The notes below the pieces were generated by a model, which saw only the letters and a program-made list of their open reading frames with translations, was not told where the DNA came from and made no database searches. Shown piece after piece: positions 26,101 through 39,358 of a stretch of 64,000 bases of DNA (position 1 is its first letter; every line of letters begins with the position of its first letter). The DNA comes from Phoronis australis (Eukaryota; Animalia; Phoronida), in assembly GCA_002633005.1 (NCBI GenBank), contig NMRA01000005.1, positions 424,925 through 488,924 of the forward strand. Reading direction: 5' to 3'. The translations under genes were made by a program, and so were the position numbers.

Positions 26101-27656
26101 TCAACAGATCAGAAACCCACGAACTTGTTGATCAAAACGGAATGTTATAAAAATTTTCCGCTCGTAGGCTCGCAGATTTTTGACGGGTAACCAGGGAAAA
26201 ATGGAGACTGAACATTCATAGTAAGATGTATTTTTGCTCAATTCCGAGGTACCTTGAACTTGGCGAGTATTCGAGTACACTCGTTCGACATGTACACGGT
26301 TTTCCACATGTGGGAATTCCTTACAAACAACTCATAGTAACCATCTTCAAACGAGGTACTATTCTTGTGATAATATGGGAACCAGTATTATTTATATCTG
26401 ACCATCGGAAATACTCCTTTTGTGCAATTAACAAACAGCGATCTTCACATTCTTTAAAATTCTTGACTCCCTTTCTATGGCGGTCAATCCTATTGTATCT
26501 TTTCACATTTTTTGGTTGTTTGGGTCGAATGTCTTGATACTGCTGTGCTGTGCACGAGTGTTTTGTGGGTTTTAATGACTTTCGAGTCACAAATTGCCTC
26601 GTGAATAATTGGCAGTGTCGGATTTACATGTATAGAGGTACAAAGAGACATTTCTCCGAACTGCACCACCGAGAGAGGGTCCCGTCTGAAATAGGACACA
26701 TTAATTATGAAAAGCTAAACATCATTAAGCTTGGAAAAGAGTGACATTTCACTCCACCGTCGTGTGGTCACAAGATGGTGCAGGAAGTGACCTTCCTCAA
26801 CATGAAAGTCGGTTGCACGATTTCACAAAAAAACGGAAACTAGACGAAGTCCTAATCGAGTCCAACTTTGGGCCCTCTGTTCCTGAGTGGACCCTTAAGA
26901 ATTTGTCAATAAAAATATAAAAAGGGTAGCCACTTAAATTTTATCAATGGCCTCCTTCAAGGTTGGGGGCCCTCAGTATGAAAATATCTATATTTTGAAA
27001 AGTCAAGAAATGTACAGCAATTGATGATATCCGTCAGTTCATCAATTTTTCTCAAGTGATATACATTTCGAAAAAAAAGCGACAGTTGTCTCCGTTATCC
27101 CTTGCCAGAGAGGGGTCTCTGGAAAAATGTGGTTTTGCAGTAGCAAAATTGACTTATTGAATTTAAAAATCCAGTGAATAATTACGCTCCACAAAAGCTT
27201 CGCTTTACAATTTTTTTTGATTTTTTGAAATATATTCATGAATCATTACTTGCACGTTTTCAAGTGCGTTTAGACGACCTGTGCTGGGAAAGCGGACTGG
27301 GCCCCAACAACAATGTCCTGGCCAGGATTCTCAAAAGGTAAACCATGGACTGATACAGAGTTGTTAAATGTTTTCTTGGATTTTCTTTCTTATCCGCATT
27401 TAGCAGTCTGTCCTTTCTGTCTCCGCCCCAAGCGTATTGCCACCGTTTAACCCTGACGCCTGAAAAGTTTTTTTTTGAGGGGGTGGGGCGTGCCATTTTC
27501 TATACAAAATGCATTGGTTTAAATGTACGTACTTTGCTGTTGAACCACGAATATGTATGCGTGCATGTAAATCGTTCAATAACTGAAGGATCGCTATAAT
27601 TGCCATAGTTGAAATAAACTACATTTCGTTTCTACAGCAATTTTAGCACATATTAT

Positions 27657-29063
27657 AGACCCTATTCACGCGGCGGCTATTGAGATCCAAAGCGAGGCTC
27701 ACTGCGATAAACAAAGTGAAAGTAGACATTGCGTGAGTTAAATAGCCGGTCTTTCGAGTCCAACCTGGATATTAAATTTTAATGATGTGTCGACAATTAA
27801 CCACAGAGACTTAGAAAATTACATTAGAGAACATGTTAAGGCGCCAAAGAGTTGTCTGACGAAAGGGTTTAATTTTTTCGGAAAACTAGGTTCGAAACAT
27901 GAAAAGTAAATATGACCAAATTGCGGCGATCGTAGTGTTACGGATTAGGTAATATGCTGAATGCAGGGTTACTTTTTTCTTGTAAATTGTTGATCAAAAT
28001 ACTTTCTACGCGGACCAGGTCATCTGCTCGTATTGTTGACAAGTTGGTGTCTGTCATGTGCAATTAGTCACATCTGGTTTAATTTGTTGATCAAGAATAT
28101 TAACATCAAGCATAGAGTGATCCTATGCACTCACTGGGACTAACAGTTGATTTGTCATTGGTCTGAAAGAATAATTGATGTTATTAAATATATTTTCATT
28201 AAAATAAAAAACCAGGCTCGTACCTGAAAATAAAAATTATTTGACCATCAATGTTTTCTTGGTTGTAATAATTCTTACGTCTATTTCATGTGTTAGATTT
28301 CAAATATCAATCTGGACCACGTTGAATTTTAAAATTAAAACACCTAATTCGTTCGTCCAAAACATAACGTCGTTTTAGAACTCAATTTCAGTTAACTGGA
28401 CAATGCAATCATAGTTATCATGTTTCTGCAGAAGCCTCTTTCATCCGAGGGGAACGGTTCCAGTGCCTACTAAGAGGCGATTTTTNTTCGGCAGATGCGC
28501 GCTCCCAGCCTAAACTCTGGGGATGCAGGGGTCTTGAATTCTTGGGTTTGCGGACCTGTTGACTAAAAAAACGGTAAACGGGGTTCATTCAGCGCCTATG
28601 CGTTGTTTATTCACCCCCCAAGACCCGCCCTGGTTGCGCACGTGTGCTAGTCAGCAATTCGCACTCGAACTCAAAAATGGGATCTGATACAATTTTAGGG
28701 GCATGCCCCCCCTCCACCCCTAAATCCGTAGTCATGAAAACACAGCCTGGCTGGCCCATTCTCCGGTCGTTAACAACTGACCGACATGCGACAAAATATG
28801 ATCGAAAACATTTATAAATTTTACACGGACGGTCGCGGCAACGACCCAACGCTTCTGAATCTCAACGTCTTTAGAGATTGTGAAGCAGACAGTTGCGTGT
28901 CCGTATTTTTTCTAGCCGTTCGCGGAACAACACGGTCTGAAACACAGAACCAGAGACCGTAGAGAGAGTTAGCGTCTTTGACAGAACTATGCCGATAAGC
29001 TAACAGAGCTATCGTAGCGAGCCTCGTTTTGGAATGCGCCTCCTGTCGGCGTGAATAGGGTCT
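27657..29063. mobile_element. Non-autonomous TIR element (~1.4 kb; AT/TA flanks; ISL2EU/Harbinger-like, tentative)
   Basis: Termini AGACCCTATTCACG ... CGTGAATAGGGTCT with further subterminal inverted similarity (CCAAAGCGAGGCTC / GAGCCTCGTTTTGG). Confidence 0.7.
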
Positions 29064-29495
29064 ATGGCAAGAAAGAGCAGTCCTCGTCCTTGTCTCACGA
29101 TTCCTCAGAGAGGCATCCAGTGCTTTTTAAACTTTTTGTCGTCTTCTTCCACTTCTCTTATAATGCCAGGTCGTTGCGCCTCCACTGCCTTGCTTACAGA
29201 TCCTAAAAAAAAAACATTTGTAGATTCTCCAGAGCGAGGAACAGGTACTATACTAGGGTCTCGAGTCACGTGTAAGTTAACATTTTGGTTTTGTTGGACG
29301 TCAAATGTTTGTTCTTTCTCCACACTCTTTTTGCTCAACGTTAACATTTTGGCTTTGTTGGACGCCAACTGTTTGTTCTTTCTCCACACTTGTTTTATCT
29401 CCGCTACGATCGTGCTCTTTCGAATAATCGAAATCAAATTCTTTTTCCGTTTCGTTTAGGTCAGCAGCACTTGCACGATACCTTGCGGTAGAACG

Positions 29496-30664
29496 TTAAC
29501 CCAGACTGCTTTTAACCGTTCTCCGTTTCTTGATTTTCTTTCTTTTTTCCACTCCAGTTTTGTTAATTTCAGAATCACCGCGACCACTGCCTATAACATT
29601 AACCGAGTTAATAGTTGATTTCGTCGATTGGGAACGCGGGGAATGCTTCTGAACTCGCGTTGAGGGCTTTTTTCGTTTTTTCACCTTTCGCCGCTTTCCC
29701 TCTTCCCTTTTCTGCGTGGTATCCATGTCACCATCTGAGTCTTCAGAGCTAATGTCCCCTTTGTCTGTTGAGTCACTTTCGTCAAGAGCATAATACCTGT
29801 TAGTTTGTGACGGAAGTACGGGCGAAGGTGAAGTCTCGTCGGAGGTATCAAGTTCTCTGCTTGTTTCGCTTGTTGTATTTGAGTCACTGTCCTCCTCGGC
29901 CTGGTTTTCAACGTTATCCAAGTCATCCGAATTTCTTCCAGTTTCCAGAACCTTAGCAACAGTGTTCTTAGCAACAGTGTTCTGTTGATTATCACGAAGA
30001 CTTGGCTCCTCTAGATCATCATCAGAATCACTGGACGTGGAGGTCAAGTCAGGATCAACAGGTGTGAAGGATTGCTTCTCAGCCACTTGAAATTTCTGGT
30101 GTACAGCTGTTTGACTGGTAGCTTCCGAAGGTTTGGTTTGTGGTAGAGCCGGCAGACTTAAACTCTTCCGCCTTCCTCCCGGCATAGTCATACTCAGATG
30201 ACTTTCAATTTGAGGTTCCTGAACGTGTGACGAGACTTTCAACAAATGATGTGACGACTGTAGTCCTTTAAGTTGCAATTGCGCCAATACACCAAGTTTA
30301 CCAGATCTTTCCATACTTGAAGCTGCGCAATCTAAAACTTCAGCAGGAACCAAACTAGCCACGCCTTTAGCCTTTTCTAGGCGATATTCTACTCTCCTGG
30401 CTCTCCAACGTAACCAGACCACGGCCGCGGCGCAAGCAAGGGCCAGAAGCAAGAACAAACCAATCAATGCAACGGCCAAATCTTTTTCAAGGCGATGTTG
30501 CTGGGGACATAAGGGTCCCCCACAAGCCATTGTCTGAGTACTGGACCCCACACAGAGCTTTTGGACAGGTTTTCCTTTAGGGTTGAAGCATCTTCGACTT
30601 CGAGACCTGGTTCCAAGACCACACGTGACGTCACAATCGGTCCAGTTGGAAAAGGGAGACCAGC
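29496..30664 (-). CDS. Terminal exon: second TSP1 repeat, TM helix and ~300-aa low-complexity cytoplasmic tail
   Basis: atttcag|GC TGG acceptor; WSPFSNWTDCDVTCGLGTRSRSRRC; 23-aa hydrophobic stretch LAVALIGLFLLLALACAAAVVWL (30411-30479) followed by RWRARR; Ser/Asp/Glu-rich then Lys/Arg-rich tail; TAA at 29496-29498. Confidence 0.85.
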
Positions 30665-31199
30665 CTGAAATAATGGAATGTTGACTAAGTATTGGGGCAG
30701 CGGTAACTTGAACTAAATTACATGTACCTCGCATACAGACGCAGTTTACACCGGTTTGGCAGCAAAATGATGCCAAGTTGTATGACGACGTACATATTTT
30801 GCAAAGGCCAATGATGATACCTTTAGAAGAACGTGAGACTGATGTGCACCAGATGAGCATGAAACTCAAGCACATGGTGGGACTCTGACAGATATCCGGT
30901 TGACGCCCACATGAGGATGTTCAATTTTCATATTTCAATTTCTATAAAATTGAAAAATATTATCCAAATTTGCATATGTAGGATCAAATCAATACACAAT
31001 TAATGTTTTGTGCGCAATTTCTTTACCTCGCTGTGCAGCTATTGGAACTGGTTTTATTGTAACACGAATCCGACTGAGGAAACTTCAAATAGAACAAAAA
31101 TTTAAGTCAATAAATGGGCGCATTGTTAAAAAATATAAACGATTACGTAATAAATGTCACAGAACGACTTTGTTGTGTTGGAACCAGTTCACAAGGTAT

Positions 31200-34100
31200 A
31201 ACTAGCGCACCCTACGACCAGAATCTAGCGCTGACCAGCCAGTGATTTCAGTAGGCTGCATCCGAAACACTAAGTTGGTGGAGGTTACGTGATTGATATT
31301 GGGACTGCCATTTTACAGCTGTGATGCATTTGTTGTTCGTTTGGTATATTCTTATCCGGTTCACCGTCGCGTCTTGTTCACTCTGTTTTCGCTACTATCA
31401 TCGTCTTATGGGACGCCCACATAGTTAGTCAGAAACAACGGTAACAACAACTTCGCCGTATCATCCAGCAAGCAAAAGGCTTACAAAGAGCGAATGGTTC
31501 AGAACTTCAAACGTAGTTTGTATGACAGATGGCTTTTTCAAGGTTCTTGTTAAATATATAATTGCTAAGCAGAGTACGATAGGACGTGCGCCCGCAAAGT
31601 TCTTTTTAGGGAGGCAACTTGACCAGACGTGGCAGGAAAGGTATGAGAGAAGCAGGCGGTTCAGAAGGACTCTGGCACAAAGTGGTTGAACAAATACCAC
31701 GATTCCCCCTGCGTGACTTATTTGGCGATGAGTGCATAGCACAAGAGAAACTAGCCCACATCGATTTGACACTCGAGGATTTTTTGCCCTGTGATATTTC
31801 GTATCGTCGGCAAGATCTTCGACTGACTTCCATGTCACCTGTGTGGGAGGACATTCGTTTGCATTTGTTGTTTCCAGTTTTTGGACATCAACGGCACAAT
31901 AACACCTAGCTTGAACTAGAAGAGCGTCCTCTAACAGCGATTTATCAATTTCATAGACGGCAATTCTACTGCCAGCAACTGGCAAAATTTTTCCAAAACG
32001 GTGGTCTACCGGACACAGATGGAACAGTTTCACTTGCACTAGAAAATTTAGTTGTTTTACAGTGGCTCCAGTTACCAGCCTCAGTTAAACAGCGATGTGG
32101 GAGAGAATTGCGTAACAAGAACTGACTTCCATTAAGCCTAAAATGTATCACACCCTTGACTGAGACACTCGTTGATTGGAACCCGACTGCTCAATCGCCC
32201 TCGCGACGTGCACTGGTATAGGCTCTTCCCAATATGTGATGGACTCCCGTCTTTGGCCTCGGCCGCAGACTATTGATGCTGTTGAATGCACAGTTCGTGT
32301 AGTCAACATAACTCCAGAACCTTACCAATTCAGACGACATGAGCAGCACTCTTTGTGCGCCAGTCTTCTTCTAAGCCAACACCTAAGCTCATTCCTCAAG
32401 TGTTCTTCTCAAACTCCATCTAGTGGCCTGACAACACACCACCTGACAAGGTTTTCAACCCAGAGATTGTTGGCTACAATGGTTGCCATCAACCACCTCA
32501 ATGGAAAGCCTTGTACCTTAGTACGCCGACAATAAACTCATCCTCTTACAAAAAAGTCTCAGAAGTTCGAACGTGATGGTGTCTTTGTTTGCTGGACATG
32601 TGTTACTTTTAAATACATCGACCCACCCTTCCCTTTGCAGAAGTCTACTGGCGACCACTGTCTTGCAACTGCCTTTGCTGTTGTATGAAGCTTCAGGAAG
32701 CCACAGCCGTCCTATTCAAAAGTACGTTGACTCCACTCGTATAACATAATCATACTGGACCTGCCCTTTCCCAGATACCGTTGTGGACACCATCCATGAA
32801 GTACTGTGGTGTGTAGACTACATTCCTGGGCGTGCGCGCTTAAAACAGATTCTCCAGGGCATGCTCGACTCACTGATGTGTCGTGTCTTGGATGACTCCA
32901 TTCAAGGAATCCTAACGAAACTCCATGATGACCTCTACAGCAGTGCCGATACCTCTGAGCAACTCACTGCCGATGGACGACGTATTTTGCATGCTTTCCA
33001 TCGATGCAATCTCCACTTGTCACCTTGCAAGACAATCATTTGTTCACAGCAAAGTTCGTTCTTGGGTGAATTTGGACCGAGGACTCTCGGCAAGCTCTCG
33101 CCGTATTTCGGCCCTGGAAGCACATCCACCACCTGACACCGTGAAGGTCTGCATTCCTTAACCGGGACTTACAAGTTTCTCAACCGCGCCCTTCCTCGTT
33201 GTTTACTGATGTTTGCTCCACTTGATCACGCAATTGCCGCTTGGCATTCCACAGAGAAGGTCACTCGCTCTGAGACGTCTTTACAAGATGTTTTAAAACA
33301 GTACTTTACCGTTGCATATATTTCCCGGCATTCGTTTTTGATCCTCGAGAACTTCCAACCTCCATTGTCCAGCCCGGAGCACATAATCATTACCAGACCT
33401 GCACTACACGTACGCTTGACCTCTAATCGTACCGCCAAGTCCTCATGGTTGTTCAACATAACGTTTTCGCCTTGGACTTGAAAACAGCTGTAAAGTTTTT
33501 GTCTTTCTCCATGTGTGCTATTTGGGTGAAATTCCCTGTCGTTCAGTCGTCTGAAGCTCTGCCAGCTGTGTATGGATTAAATTTGCAGCAGGTGTATTAA
33601 AGTGCAACAGATATCTGATACTACTTGCACACGAGTGCACTTCTTTGTACTCCGTTAACTCTATTGTTTCCGGCCAGAAAGACAGTCATAAGAAATTCCC
33701 TTTCCTGTATCTGTTTAAATCTCTATCGAATTTATGGTTACGGTGTAATGTTCACAGTTAATCCCTCCTCTGGATTTATGTATCTTCAAGGTGATCCTAC
33801 TCATCAGCGCCCGGGCTGTCTCTTGACATCGGCCGTGTGAAGAGCATTAACACAAACCCTGCCGCCGAAAGAGTCATTGCTGAATTCGAAGATGAGCTGC
33901 TACGATAAGCAAAGCTGAACACTCGGATCCGAAGCGAGGGTTTCTCTGCATGTGTGCTGTAGACTCGGCTAATTAGCCAAATTAATATTGAGCAAACCCC
34001 TGACAACTATTATCAGTGTACATCCTCAAAAACACCATCCACGTCAAAGTAACTAAGTCTACAGCGAAAGATCGAAGAACAGAAAAGGAAACCTTATCAT

Positions 34101-34400
34101 CCCTCATGTTCTACTAGTACTACCTCGTAGACCTGTGTGCTGAACGTGACACGACGTACGCTCGTGGCTGCTTGATTACCGTATCTACTGATGGGTATAG
34201 TGTTTAATCTAGAAGATTGTGGGTTCCTTGTTACAAGGTAAACGTTGTGACTGCTACCATGTTCTTCCTATTCCAACGACAGAGCAGACACCGTTCTGAC
34301 GCTTCAGATGACGACGATCCCTCTGAAGAGTTCCAACCTGCTTCGTCATTCAAGCGACGATCACCGACAGGACTACTGCTGTGCTGAACTCGTCACATCA
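31200..34400 (+). mobile_element. Heavily decayed Gypsy-type retrotransposon of a second lineage; boundaries approximate
   Basis: RT-like LMCRVLDD...KLHDDLYS...CNLHLSPCKTIIC (32783-33136); integrase-like NTNPAAERVIAEFEDELLR (~33848-33906); many stops and frameshifts. Confidence 0.65.
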
Positions 34401-35595
34401 ATAAAAGTACTAATTATGAGTCTATTTCTTTAGATTAAAGCCCTTTGCTAGTAACGAATCTGACACCATTTTCCAACACCAGGTGGTTTTGTTGCAATCC
34501 GTGGTGTGTTTGTCAGGATTGCTCACGAAAGTCATGCACCAACATACCTATAAAAATACTAACCAGCTCAATCGACACTGATTTGTGGGCCTATTATGGG
34601 GATTCGTGGGCACTTTGGATGTAAACATAGGTCGTTGTTACTAGTGTCACGCTGCGCACTAATGTCTATAAGGCTTATAAAAGTCCGTGTATGTTATATA
34701 TGGTACACAAAAATGAAATGCGTTGTAACAAAGAATACTCGGAGCCATAGATTAATTGTTTGAAATCTATGTTACCAGTGATTATCCAGGTTTACTAAGA
34801 TACTTCCTTGGCTATAAATCAGCATGGGAATGGTCATCTAGGTCAAGTGGCGGTCGCAGGGAAGACCGCTTGGTCGATGTCGACCGCAATTCCGTTTATG
34901 TTTTCGAATTTGCTCAGGTGCGTTTTCCAGCTGGGTTACCTCTACGCTTATGAGGAAAAATGATTCCACTGTTTGACCATGATGCGTTATTGGTGCCGAG
35001 AGAGAGCAACGTCTCCTCATGGGCAATAGGGAAACTGGCTCTTGACTTAAAATCTTGGCCTTAAGTCATTTTACATAAAACTAGACCCCCTTTTTTCGTT
35101 AAAGGCTGCACAACGTTGTACGGCAACTGGCGAGCATATTGTACCAATTGAGCATCATTTACCAATAAAAACGCGTTTCCTCCACAACTGGTAAACCCAG
35201 AGGTTAACATATGCCATGGCCTGTAACTGCGCAGTTCTTATGGCACATGTGGGAGCCAACTCAAATTCGTTAAAATAACCAAGGTTGCCAAACGCTAACA
35301 AGGTAAGAGTGCTTCGAGGCTTTTCCGGTGGGTCGCTGTAAAGGTCTATACAGCCTGGAAAATGATGCAAAGCTTGAATGATATTGCTCGGTGGCAAAAT
35401 TAACTTGATCTTGTCATTAAGGGTTAGGCCTGTTCAAGCTTAATGAATTTATTTTAGACTTCAGTGATAAATTTGACGAAGAAATTTCGCCAATAACACC
35501 ACCGCCTCCAGAATTCTTCAGCGGAGTAATGATCAATGCTTTTATTATTTCACCACCACCTAACCAGACTCCATTGAAACTATGCGTAGGCCTAC

Positions 35596-35772
35596 CTTCA
35601 CAGTATTGGTTCTGGCAGATGCGTGATTCACTTCCGTTGTCCAAGGGACACGGCAGTCCTCCGTATCGAGGTCGTGGTTTATTGCAAAGCCGATGCCGTA
35701 GCTGTGCCGCTCCAATATACAGGCATTTACAGTCGGTCCACGGTTGCCAACTATTCCACCCTCCGTTAAGCC
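35596..35772 (-). CDS. Thrombospondin type-1 (TSP1) repeat exon
   Basis: Read manually: LNGGWNSWQPWTDCKCLYIGAAQLRHRLCNKPRPRYGGLPCPLDNGSESRICQNQYCE (WxxWxxW, RxR, GG-x-x-C). 177 nt, phase 1-1, GTAGGC donor. Confidence 0.88.
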
Positions 35773-36113
35773 CTTAGAGAGAAGTTTATCTAAAGTTTCT
35801 GTGGCATATGATTAACGCAAAAGCAAGATTTGTTTTTGGAAGGATTCCATGACACATATTACGAAAGATTTGCACTAAACTTTACGATCGTACCCTAATG
35901 TCGCCCACATTTCGTGAGACATGGAAATTTCCGAGAAACTACATGTACTGTATAAAGAGATTTCACCATTCACCTAGCAATGCATACCGCCATAGCAAGT
36001 TTTTAGAAATTCCCTTGATTTTTTTACTTATTACGCGCAAATACAGCTTCCTGGAGATATTACGATACGTGCACTTCTATTTTCAGTAAACAGTTTCACT
36101 TCCGAAATCTTAC

Positions 36114-36386
36114 TTGTAGCAACCACTTTGCTTATGTAGTCGCTGTATCGCTTTCCCATAGCAGTCTGGCATATCGTCCTTACTTGTACGTTGTATTTTA
36201 TTCCGGATAACAGTCCAGTAAAGTGCGCCTGTCTGTCTTGGGATTCCTTTACAAACTCGAGCACTTTACCATCATCCAGTATACGGGCGTTATACCGCAG
36301 CACGCCACCACCTTCCGGAGCCTGCCAGGTGATGGTTATAGACGACGTGCTCGTAATGTGAGCGATCTGGGTCGACTTCCACGGAC
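36114..36386 (-). CDS. FN3 exon 14 (membrane-proximal, divergent)
   Basis: 273 nt, phase 1-1, GTAAGA donor. ITITWQAP...FTGLLSGIKYNVQVRT. Confidence 0.85.
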
Positions 36387-36542
36387 CTGTGAAAGCGTAG
36401 GAACTGAAGTCCAGTTATCGATTGCATACTATACGTATTCCGCCGACAGTTAGTGCTAACTATTGGTTGTTCAGGTTTAAATGAGCTTCAATAGCACTGC
36501 AACACTACCTGCTCAAAAGCACGGGATTATCTTTCATCTGAC

Positions 36543-36698
36543 CAGTGCTGTAGTGGGGCGTAGGCGCACGTAGGCGCAGCCAACCACCTTATACCATTTG
36601 AACGTAGCGCCTACGCACAGTAAGTTACGTTCAATGCTTAAGGCGATACGGTGTGCTTTGGGTGCCTACTTACCTCGAATTTTACCACTACAGCACTG
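36543..36698. mobile_element. hAT-type MITE with 8-bp TSD CATCTGAC
   Basis: Perfect 14-bp TIR CAGTGCTGTAGTGG; TSD at 36535-36542 and 36699-36706. Confidence 0.9.
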
Positions 36699-37235
36699 CA
36701 TCTGACGTTCATTTTTTCTACTTTGTTCAGATATTCTATAATCTAGATGTAAAACGTTTCGAGTTCCACCAATAACGATTTTTTACAAACTGAATTTTTG
36801 AAGGACACATAAAAATCGCGTGATGTTTACTAGATTTTGACGACATCCTTATCCAGAGTATGAGAAGACTATGGTAGCTGACGTTGTGTTGTAGAGACTG
36901 TTGGGGAACTTTAAGTGCAGTACAGCTGCGCAAGCAGTGCCACGAACATTTTTCCATTACAACCTCGAAGGCAACACACGATCGAAGTGCAATTTTAGTC
37001 AGGCTCTAAGCTAGACCTCCGGGCCCAATTTCTCCTTCTGGTTGAGTCACATTTTTTCTTTCTGATTGTCACACGTTCCCGAGTCCCTAGTCGCCACATT
37101 CTTGTTCGGGTTACCTTTCTGTCACCACAACTTGCGGGTGGGACCTCTGTAACTTCGAAGTGGAGCCCCAAATTTGTGAAAGCTCTCAGAGGTAGATTAT
37201 TTATATTATGGATTACCTTCCACTGATGCACTAAC

Positions 37236-37496
37236 CTGATGCGTCTTCAACAAGATCCGACGCATTTTCCTTCCAACCACTTCGCCAAGTGGACACTGTG
37301 AAGTTGTGTAATTCACAAGCTGCGAGGGCGCCGCACATGACGCCAGTCTCTTGTGGTGGAACGTTCAGTACGACACTTCGGCTGGCTGCCTGATACGTCA
37401 CTTTATACTTGGTATGGCCACCTATCACCGGCAGCCACGTAACCACGAGTGTTTCTCCGCTTGAGCGGACATGTACGTCTGACACTCTTTCAAGCA
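37236..37496 (-). CDS. FN3 exon 13
   Basis: 261 nt, phase 1-1, GTTAGT donor. LVVTW...YKVTY...CGALAACELHNFTVST. Confidence 0.82.
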
Positions 37497-37681
37497 CTGT
37501 AGGATACACTGATTGCCAAGTACTGAATGTTGAACCAGAAAGCTTAGATTATCAAGTGAGATCACTTGGTTCATTTGTGCCTCGGATTGTTCTATAAACA
37601 TAACTGACGACATCTGACGCCATTACCGTGATAAAGGGACCAACACAACACAGACAATGTGCAAATAGTTACAACAATTAA

Positions 37682-39358
37682 AGGGGCATGCCACCCAAAA
37701 AAACAACCTAATTTGTATCAGTTTAGATCGAGTAGTTCTACTCCATAACGACACGTGCGGTTGCGTTACCTGACACCTGACGGAGGTGTTGAAATTATCC
37801 AATTACGTCATCGGTTTCACAAGCGTTCTGTTCAGCAGTTCACAACAGTGTCAGCTTATCGCTTGGAGTCATCGTTTAGCACCAATAAATCGTCAAACTG
37901 CGATGTAAAACCCTTAAAAATACACCGAGTTCTTACAAAAACGTGTTCTTTTATTTCGTCTTACGGATTTATTGGTATTTGGACACACTGTAGCCTACAA
38001 AGTTCGGCTGGCCAATAAGGTCCGTAGGAGTTTGGGGTGTGTGTCGGAGATAATTTCGAAGTATTTTCCGTGAGATACAGACAGGAGAACCTAGATCTGT
38101 GTTGTTTAGACTTGTGATTTTCTGAGTTCTAAACACAAAACGCTTGTTATCCTGGCCAGTGTCTCGGAGCCCGATCAGGCCCTTCGCGGCCGGCCGGATT
38201 GACTCGTTATCCCGGCCAGTGGCTCGGAAACTGATCAGAAACCACGAACAAACCATCCAAAGTTCAGTGGAAACTAAACTTCCAATCAAGAAAAAACTAT
38301 GCTAGTGAGCCAAAGTAATGTGCACGATGATTATGTTGGTGAATTAGCCACGAAACTGCAAATTTACTTACTCGTCGGGAGCCGCGAATTCAGTTCCTTT
38401 TTGGCCACAGCACCGTCAGGGCAGAAGTTGTACATTGACAATTATTATTTGAGTAATGTAAATGTATAAAAAAGATTCCCCTAACACCTGGTCGTGGGGT
38501 GTAAATCGAGTTGTTTCACAACAGTTTCTGCCAGCAAACACTAAATTAGCATGAGCTCACACGGCCTCGGTGTCCCGTCAATTAGTTTTATTGCACCTAA
38601 AGCCGGTAACGCAGGTGATTTATTCATTGCTGGCTTCTCAAATCATTTCGTGCACTCACGAACACTCCAAAGGCATTGCAAATTGCAACTAATGAGACAG
38701 ACTTTGTTTCAGTTTTATATAAGTATTGGTTAGGGTGAGAATAATTCATTTTGAAACAGAACGCTCAGTAATAAACGCCAACTATGGCAACTCCCAATCC
38801 CGACTTAGGACGAGCTAGAGCGGCTCATCAATCCCGACTTCGGAGGTGGATCGTTAAGTCTTACAGGCTATCAATTCGAACAGGAATACAGTGATGAAGG
38901 AATACTAGAGAGGCGCCGTGAACAAGCTCAGACAACGGAACGTATGGAGTTATTTGGTAAGCCGGCATTCATGAGGCAAGGCTGTCGACGTCGTCTGCAG
39001 GCCACAGACACAGAGATGTTTCACGGCCTCATACTTGCTATTTACAGTGTACATTTCATTCTTTACTACCATGAGCCACTTCCTAAGCATTTTGGACTCT
39101 CGAGGAAGTAAAAAAACGATATACTCGCTTTCCTCGCGGCTGCTTAGTTTGGACAAGCGGGAACGATACACCGCAACATAGCGGCATTAATTTTCACTCT
39201 GCATATGAACCACTGACGTCGCTAGCGTCGTTTCTCACCTTCGTCACAGATTAACGCGACACCTCTTGGCAAGGTAAGGTTGACCGTATGCGAGGCGATG
39301 TGGAAATAGACCGATTAAGACGGCAAAAAAGACTAATTAAATCGGGTGGCATTCGCCT
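37682..39358 (-). mobile_element. Kolobok-like DNA transposon remnant with a THAP-domain fragment
   Basis: TTAA|AGGGGCATGCCACCC ... GGGTGGCATTCGCCT|TTAA (imperfect TIRs, TTAA on both sides). Minus-strand MPLCCGV...[frameshift]...FLLPRESKMLRKWL...LCVCGL at ~38950-39187 resembles THAP. Confidence 0.7.

Noticed and set aside
30665-30875. N-terminal part of the 459-aa ORF as a start or signal peptide of a standalone gene
   Set aside because: A good phase-1 acceptor at 30664 joins the upstream TSP1 exon in frame, so this part is most simply intron read-through.
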